Below are positions 57,111-64,000 of a DNA stretch of 64,000 nucleotides, in pieces. The translations under genes and the position numbers were made by a program. The notes under the pieces were generated by a model. The model worked only from the letters and a program-made list of their open reading frames with translations. It had not been told where the DNA came from and did no database searches. The stretch is from Raillietiella orientalis (lineage: Eukaryota), in contig JAYWIR010000119.1 in assembly GCA_036172245.1 (NCBI GenBank), forward strand, positions 1-64,000. Direction: 5' to 3'. Every line of letters begins with the position of its first letter. The first letter of the stretch is position 1.

Positions 57111-60100
57111 TGGTCCTTCCAGGCTGAACTTTTCAGGAATCAATAGGTCCTTTAAGAAGTTTTCTTCGTAGTCTTTCTAGGAGAGCCTGGAAGTTACACA
57201 AGGAACCTCAATCAAGGAGACCAGAGTCCCTCGATTTTTCTTAATATTACGTTCTGAGGGTCTAAGATGTCCCCACAGGTACTCCCTAGGTTTCCTTCAG
57301 TCTAGTAAGGAGCTTATCGTGACATTTCTTGATCTCTCCCTCGTTCGTGAAGGCACTCTTTCCCGAAACTCACGCAGGCAAAGAGAAAAAAAAACTCTTT
57401 CTTGGAATTCCTTGACAAAAGTCCATTTTTACTATGGGTTTATTTTCCAGAGGTTTGCATCATAGAAATGTTTGTAGCATGGAAGTATTTCATAAATTCT
57501 CTCAGTGTGAAGGTCTAAGTGTGAGAGAGACATGCAAGAACTCAGGATGCCTCTAGTATCGCCGTGTTGAGGAATGTTGATAAAGGGGAGTTAAAGGACC
57601 ACCCCTGGAGCTGCTCCACACTCTACTCTTCTTCCACCTACAGGATTCTAAAGCATCTACAGCTTTCTTAGTGGATACGAATCCACGTGTCTCCTTTCGA
57701 CTTTCCAAAAACTTCGCGCCAAAAGGAGAGAACTTAGCTCACGGCTCCTAATACAATGTTTCCTCGGCGACAGGAAGCTCTTCTGACCACTTCTTACAAA
57801 GAAGCATTCTGGATGATCCAGAGGGTGCGCGAGAATGTAAGAAAGAAAACAGAGTACACTGAGGAGAAGCAGAAAGAGAATGACCCACAGCCGCAAGGGA
57901 GACTTCACTAAAACACGGACACAGTCAGAGCTCACCTCACGAAAACAGATCTGATCGCCCGAATGAAGTGCTCTGCCGTGTGATTCCACGGGTTGCTGGT
58001 GCGCAAGAATGGCCAGCAGTCCTTGTGGACAAGCCAGAAGAGCAGTGTTTCGTTAAGTATTCAGGGGTAGAAAAGAAATAAGCGAGATACATCCAGGCAG
58101 TCAGAATCCCCCTTCCCCTACGATCAAACAGCTGTCACCGATAGCAGAATTCGGTCGATTCCGGTGAACAAATCACATGATTTTTGCCTTTCTCCTGCCG
58201 GAAGCGCTAGGGCTGCCTATCTAGCTTCACAGGGGATTCAGGACGATTGATAGTTCGACATCGACTCCTTCTTTCCTACAGCAAGGACAAGAAGCATGCA
58301 GCTCCGAACTGAATGGGAAATCACCGGCAAGGAGCACGTTAAGATCCCTCCGGACTGCCTCAGAGCTGACGCTTCTGCTGTCGTTGAAGAAAGACTGAAG
58401 AAGACTAAGGAAGCTGTCATCAAGTTGATTAGCCACGAATGGCAGAAGAAGGATGACAAACCGGACGCAAGTTGTGCGGCTTCTCAGAAACGAATAGGGC
58501 TGCCGGTTTGACAACAAAGACAAGAGATCACTGTTGACGTTAGGAGATAATCAAAGTTCAAGTGCATAGAAAAGCTGAAATCCGATCAACATCCAAGAAA
58601 CATGAAGGTAAATTTCATTAGCATTCAGAGTCGCACGTAGGGACTGCCCGAAGCTAGGATCTGCATACACATGCTACCTGCATTAAAAACAGGTTGACTG
58701 CTGCCGTTCAACGGAGACTCTGAAGACTAGCCCGTGTAGTCGATGGCGGTACTTCAATACCCTCATCAGAGCTGACTCATCGCTTTCGGAGACCTCACTC
58801 TGTCATACTTCATATGTCTCTGCATCCGTTTTTTTCACTCCCACTGTTCCACTCTTGTCTAGAAAAACAGACAGATCTGCATTGGTTTGGTGCTACTGCA
58901 TGGACACATCACTGTCATTCCCTTTTTAAAATGGCATATATTAGTCTTAGCAGTGTGTGTTCTTAAACTTTTTCCATGATTTATTCTCAGCTTTTCCGGG
59001 AGATTTTTAAACAAGAATTTCTATACAAAGCCTTTATACAGAAGATAACCAAGAAAAGAGTAAGAGTACCTCAACGGATTGCTCACATCGTGTGGACAGC
59101 CAAGCACCCGCTTCTGGGGACAGGAACAAGCAGCATTCGATTCATCCGTTGCAGAATGAGAAAGAATTTTAGAAAGAATAGACAGGAAGGAAGCACATCA
59201 CGGGACATACAAGAATCTTGTTCAGCTGGTAATTCCCAAAATCTATGTTGCACCGAAGATTTCATAGCACGACCATTCTCACTCATTGTAGCCGAAAGAA
59301 AATTCTGCACTCTATATGTATGCTACCATCACTAACTTAGTTTATGGGATGAAAGTATTCATGACGAAACCAGCACTCTGCGACTAAAACTGCACCTGAG
59401 CTTGCCAAGTTTCAAACAACATTAAGAGGGCCTTGAACTTCACAAAACTCCTGCAAAACTCACCTCACAAAACCGTGTCTACCTGAGTGGAATGTGTCCT
59501 TTCTGTAACTTAACGATGCAGATGCAGTTTCAGAAGGACATTCACAAACTGAACCACTACTGTGAACGACACCATTCATTAGAGACTTACAAAATGCTGA
59601 GGAGGAACGAAAAAGCATGAATTTGCCTCTTTCCTCTCTCTGTCATTTGGAGAAGAAATGTCTACCTATAATGCACATCCAGTTTACGTCTCACGTAATC
59701 CTCTTGTGCTTACGTACTATCCCGAAATGCGTGGAAGCTTCCTGGGAAATAAGCCCGCAAGTGTCTGCAAACGTTCATTGCATGTAAAATAGCCTAAGCG
59801 GAAACCTAAATGCACCTTCTAACATTAGAGTCAAAACAAAATCATCACATTCGAAACGAAAACTGCAAGAGAGAAATCGTACAGCACGTTCTTCATTTTC
59901 AGCCACTAGTCCTCCGCTTTCCTGCTCCACAAGTGATTTTGAACGAGGAAAACTGAGTCATACATAGTCAGCATAGTGCTGTACTATTTGAACAACTATC
60001 AAATTTTTCATGTTTCTCTGCTATGAAGACATTGTCATCGCACGAAAATTTCATCTCAGTACTAATTCTGGAAAAGGAAGTAGATCTAATTAAGCAGTGA

Positions 60101-63100
60101 AAACCTGGCACCACAGAAGGGTGTATGAAAAAGCAGTATGTAGGATGGGGATGTAGTAACGGGATGTAGTAGAACGGATGGGATGGGAGACTGGGAACGG
60201 ATGTAGTAGCCCTTTCAGTCTTGCGTAGCCGTTCTACACCCAATGTAAACTCGATTCTTGCAAATGATCAGAAGCTAGATTTTCTAGCTTTCACGCAAAT
60301 TCTCCACTTGTGCTTTTCCGCAGACACTTAGTCGACTGCACGCAAAATTTCCAGGTGCCGAGTGTCGCTTTCTTTTTTTTACCGTTCGGGATTTTTTCTC
60401 CATTGGGGGCTTACTAGGCTCTGGTGGACAATCCACTTAAGCAACATCCACCATCTTCTAGAAAATTTAACGGCATGTCCAGGTGGGTACTCTGATGCAG
60501 TTCTTCATTCCAATCTCCTTCTGAATCGCTCCTTGGAGGATGCTCTTCGAAAGCGCTAGGGCGTTGATGCTCCTCTCATCACGATGCTCGTAATAAAGAG
60601 GAAGATGGTGGTGCAGACCATGGGATCGTATCGCGGAACGTTCCTGTTTCCTTTAAACATTTCTGCCAAGGTCTTTTATGTCGTCTTCGATATCTGCAGA
60701 CCTGTCACCGCCTTGAGCGTTAACAATTTGGGCAGATGAGAACCTGAAGCTGGGTGACTCTGTCTCTACGTGCCTTGCAGAGTTCACCTTGTCTGCTGCC
60801 TGTCCAATACTTCTCTCTGTAGCCACTCAGGACTCCTCTGTGGTAGTACATCAGATGGTCATCCTGAGTGTCCGCTTAGGTAGGTCGCTTCTTTGCGCCG
60901 ACCGCTAGCAGATTCACGTTCCGGATCCCTGTAGCCGCTGGCGACCTTGTCCAGTGCGTCGTATCGGTTAACGTGTTTCTTCATTTCCTCGCGAGTCAGT
61001 TATGTGATCAGGCTCCAGGGATCGGTCGCTTAATGTTCCCAGAGCTCGCGGGTCCTGTGTCTGAATCTTCCCATCATTTTCTGATGCAGCAATATAGTCG
61101 CATTCTGTGTCAGTTTTCACTCGTAGAGAAACGTTCGCAGTCACGAATCCTCATTTCCGGCCTTTGGATCATCGATCTCCAGGTCTCTCATGAGACCCTT
61201 ACGGAATGAGGAATCACCATGGCCAGTTTTTCCTTTCACGAATCCTTGCTTCGAGCTACTGTCTTGAATCGGTGAGTCATCACCGATTCAATGTAATGCC
61301 TAGCATCGGATGCTTTAGCATCGGATGATCAGAAGCGTGGACCACGTGGTCTCTGACTGTCGAACGAGGTTCACTGAAAAATAGCACTCCGGAACCAAAT
61401 TGTAACGAGTGGAGTGCAGACCACGCTTCCAGTTCTTCAAGTTTGCTGTCAGCATTTCATGTTAGAGTAGCAGCCGTCTCATCTTCTGTCCTGCAGATAC
61501 GTCTTAAATTTGCTGCTTGGATTTCCAAACATTCAATGCAAACTTCCCAATGATCTGCAGACAGGGGAAAAAAGGGGGAAAAAATGCCACACCATCGCAC
61601 GAGCTTAAAGAAAAATCTGATTTCCTCCTACTACTTGATACACATGTTCCAGCGGATGTTAACGACCGTCGAAAGTGGTACCAATACAGCATGAAAATTT
61701 GAATTGTTCTATCGAGGCACATGGGCCGCTTTATACGCTTGATAATTTCCAGGTCGTCATAAGAAAGTACTCAAAGTATCAGTATGTCGTCTCAGAAGTT
61801 TTAAATTCAATTTCCTACATGCAGATAACATGCAACGTTCTTCGTTAGCTCTCTACACATGCTACTCTCACCATGCCTAAGAAATCCAGTTAAAATGAAA
61901 TATCCTACCGTCATCTTATTTTAGAGCATCCGAATATAAGCGATGAAAAGATTGATTACTGCAAAGGCATGTTTGTCTTCACTGCCGACTGACCAGTGCC
62001 CCTTGTTGCTGCAAATATGTTGCTTTTGCACTTTTTCCCTCCTGCTAACCCGGTCCTCTTGATATACGGAAACCAAAATTTTTGAATGAATGCGCAAAAT
62101 AGCTTGATTTATCAATCAAGAAGTTCTTGGCACTTGCGTACAGTTAGTGACATCTTTTTCATTTATATTATAAATTCATTGCTTCATTTATTCGTAAGTG
62201 CCGTTTCTAGTCATTTCTGCTCAGTATTATAAAAGTATCATTTTGGTTTATTTGTAGTCGTATTGGTTTTGTTTTAGCGCAATCGAGAACATATAAATTA
62301 GCCATTCCCACAGACAGAATAGAAAAAAGAAATTCCTCCTGAAACAAGGCAAGTCTCCTTGTAATCGGAAGCTCACGAAAGCCTTCACTGCTCTTTCGAT
62401 AAAGAGGCATATCATACCAAATTCCCCTTCTGCTGCTGTTAGTTTAATGTCTAGCGCATTGCCGGCGAAGGGGGGCTCCGAAACCACCAGAGCTAAACCA
62501 CGAACCACCGCAGAGGAATTTCGCTTGTGAAATATGCATGAAACAAACAAGCTCCAATTTGCAAAAGAAGACTAGGGAGTTTCTCAATATTTCTTCAGAA
62601 TTTCTTAGGTTTCCCCGCGTCTGTGTTGAGCCCACTTATGATCTCTTTGAAAAAAAAAAAAGCACGGAAAGTTGGTTAAAAGTTTTTTTCCCGCTAATTC
62701 TATGTTTGGAGAGATTTTTCATCCTAGTTTCCTCAGAAATATTCCATCTTGCTGCAGCTTCCTCCTCTGTCTGATTTGCATTTGAAGAATAACAACAAGA
62801 TTCGCCTATTTCGGATTTCACGCATTTCTTTTCGCTTTAGGTGCAATTTGCTTTTTGAGTAATGGACTGGAGCTGTTTAAAGTTTCTTACGTTGCCCCAT
62901 CATCGAGACAAAAAGTATTGCAATCATCGAGCCTCCACCTATTCCTCTTCGTTGAAAATCATTTTTCCTGTTTTTGTCCATCTTCGAGTTTAAAGCATCT
63001 GAGAATGCAGTAAGGTTCCACCCATGCCTTCAGACTTCGCCTCCAAAACACACAAAGAGAATGGTGGATGTCGTTCCTGATGGCTTCAATGATGGAGGCA

Positions 63101-64000
63101 TTGCATCAGTCTTTTCCATCCACAACGTTGTCACTGAGCATCGAAGTAGAGCTGCAACTCGAGAAACGTAAACGCGCTTCATTTTCTGAAACCTTTCCTG
63201 ATGCAGTGGGATGTGCACGGAGTTGTCCACTCATATGTGACTGCTGATAATTCAATATATAAATATGAGGTTTCCATTTTCTTTATGGAAACCTAATGTT
63301 TACTCTCCTTCCTACAATCCGCGTTGGAAAGCGCCTCTGTGTTCTCGGGCTCGTGCCTCAAAGTGAGTAGTGCAAAACGCAAAAAAACAAAAAAAAAAAT
63401 TGCATTACTCCGCTGGAAATTCATTTCTGTGGCACTCCTGGGTCTTTCAAAGAGAACGCAGTGAGCAGTTTTTCGCGAGAGGTATGTATCGAGTTTGCGT
63501 TGCCCCATGCGAGCCAAAGATAACTAAGGCACTTGCTCTTGCAGCAGCCGCATCTGCATCAAGCCTGGAATGAAGACTGAAGTTTTTGCCCGGACCTTCA
63601 TACTTTTTCAGATACCCCTTTAACATGACCTAGCCATCAGGCATGCTTCACCATCCCTCATCCAAACCCAATTAGACACATCAGCATCATTGTATAGCAG
63701 CTTATCATTTCAGGGATCGAGTGTTTCCACACAAATTTGAGCAGTTTCGCAGTTGACAGCATATCACAAATGATGATATAGAGAGAGAGAAGGAGCGAAA
63801 CAGACAGAGAACGTAGGACTCTTACAGAGAACTTCAAAGATTACATATACATATATATAAATTGCACATCCGTATATTATTCTTGAAGTTTTTCCCATTT
63901 ATAGTTTTTTAAACTCCTTTCGAATTAACTTCTAGTCATAGTTATCAATGTGTGATCATTTTTTCATACACACTTTTTTGTTCTTTAGAGTACGAAAATA
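57111..64000. other. AT-richer non-cluster flank with no supportable gene
   Basis: Composition shifts abruptly; only short ORFs without recognisable motifs. Confidence 0.55.

Noticed and set aside
57400..58800. Possible decayed LTR-element integrase remnant
   Set aside because: No convincing motif in any frame.
63268..63294. 10-bp inverted repeat aggtttccat/atggaaacct
   Set aside because: Single short hairpin in AT-rich DNA with no TSD or second copy.
58976..63573. Short ORFs in the flank as host exons
   Set aside because: No recognisable domains or consistent strand; cannot be supported without homology or RNA data.

Overview
Eukaryotic genomic DNA. Positions 1 to ~57,100 are almost entirely a GC-rich cluster of L1/Tx1-type non-LTR retrotransposons. 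Each has an ORF1 with CCHC zinc knuckles and an ORF2 with an APE endonuclease, an RT carrying YADD and a C-terminal C-x2-C/H/C motif. At least three related families are present, labelled here C/B/D, H/L/O and J/K. The cluster also holds one decayed restriction-like-endonuclease (NeSL/Utopia-like) fragment, a ~10 kb tandem duplication and a ~3.2 kb inverted duplication. From ~57,100 to 64,000 lies an AT-richer flank with no recognisable gene. The cluster is ordered. All 11 independent junctions I could resolve show an element inserted ANTISENSE into another element, up to 5 levels deep. Three families each reuse one nucleotide position in their relatives: the G-F-G linker after the endonuclease, the DL|(H/R)KAFD motif of RT, and the E|C(S/T)VVV motif of ORF1. 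The elements lack poly(A) tails and end in AATAAA plus a hairpin plus TGGCAA. They share a covarying CUGCGU-loop hairpin in the 3' UTR and a GGACGTG motif at the extreme 5' end. Element letters are my own labels, and boundaries were read by eye.
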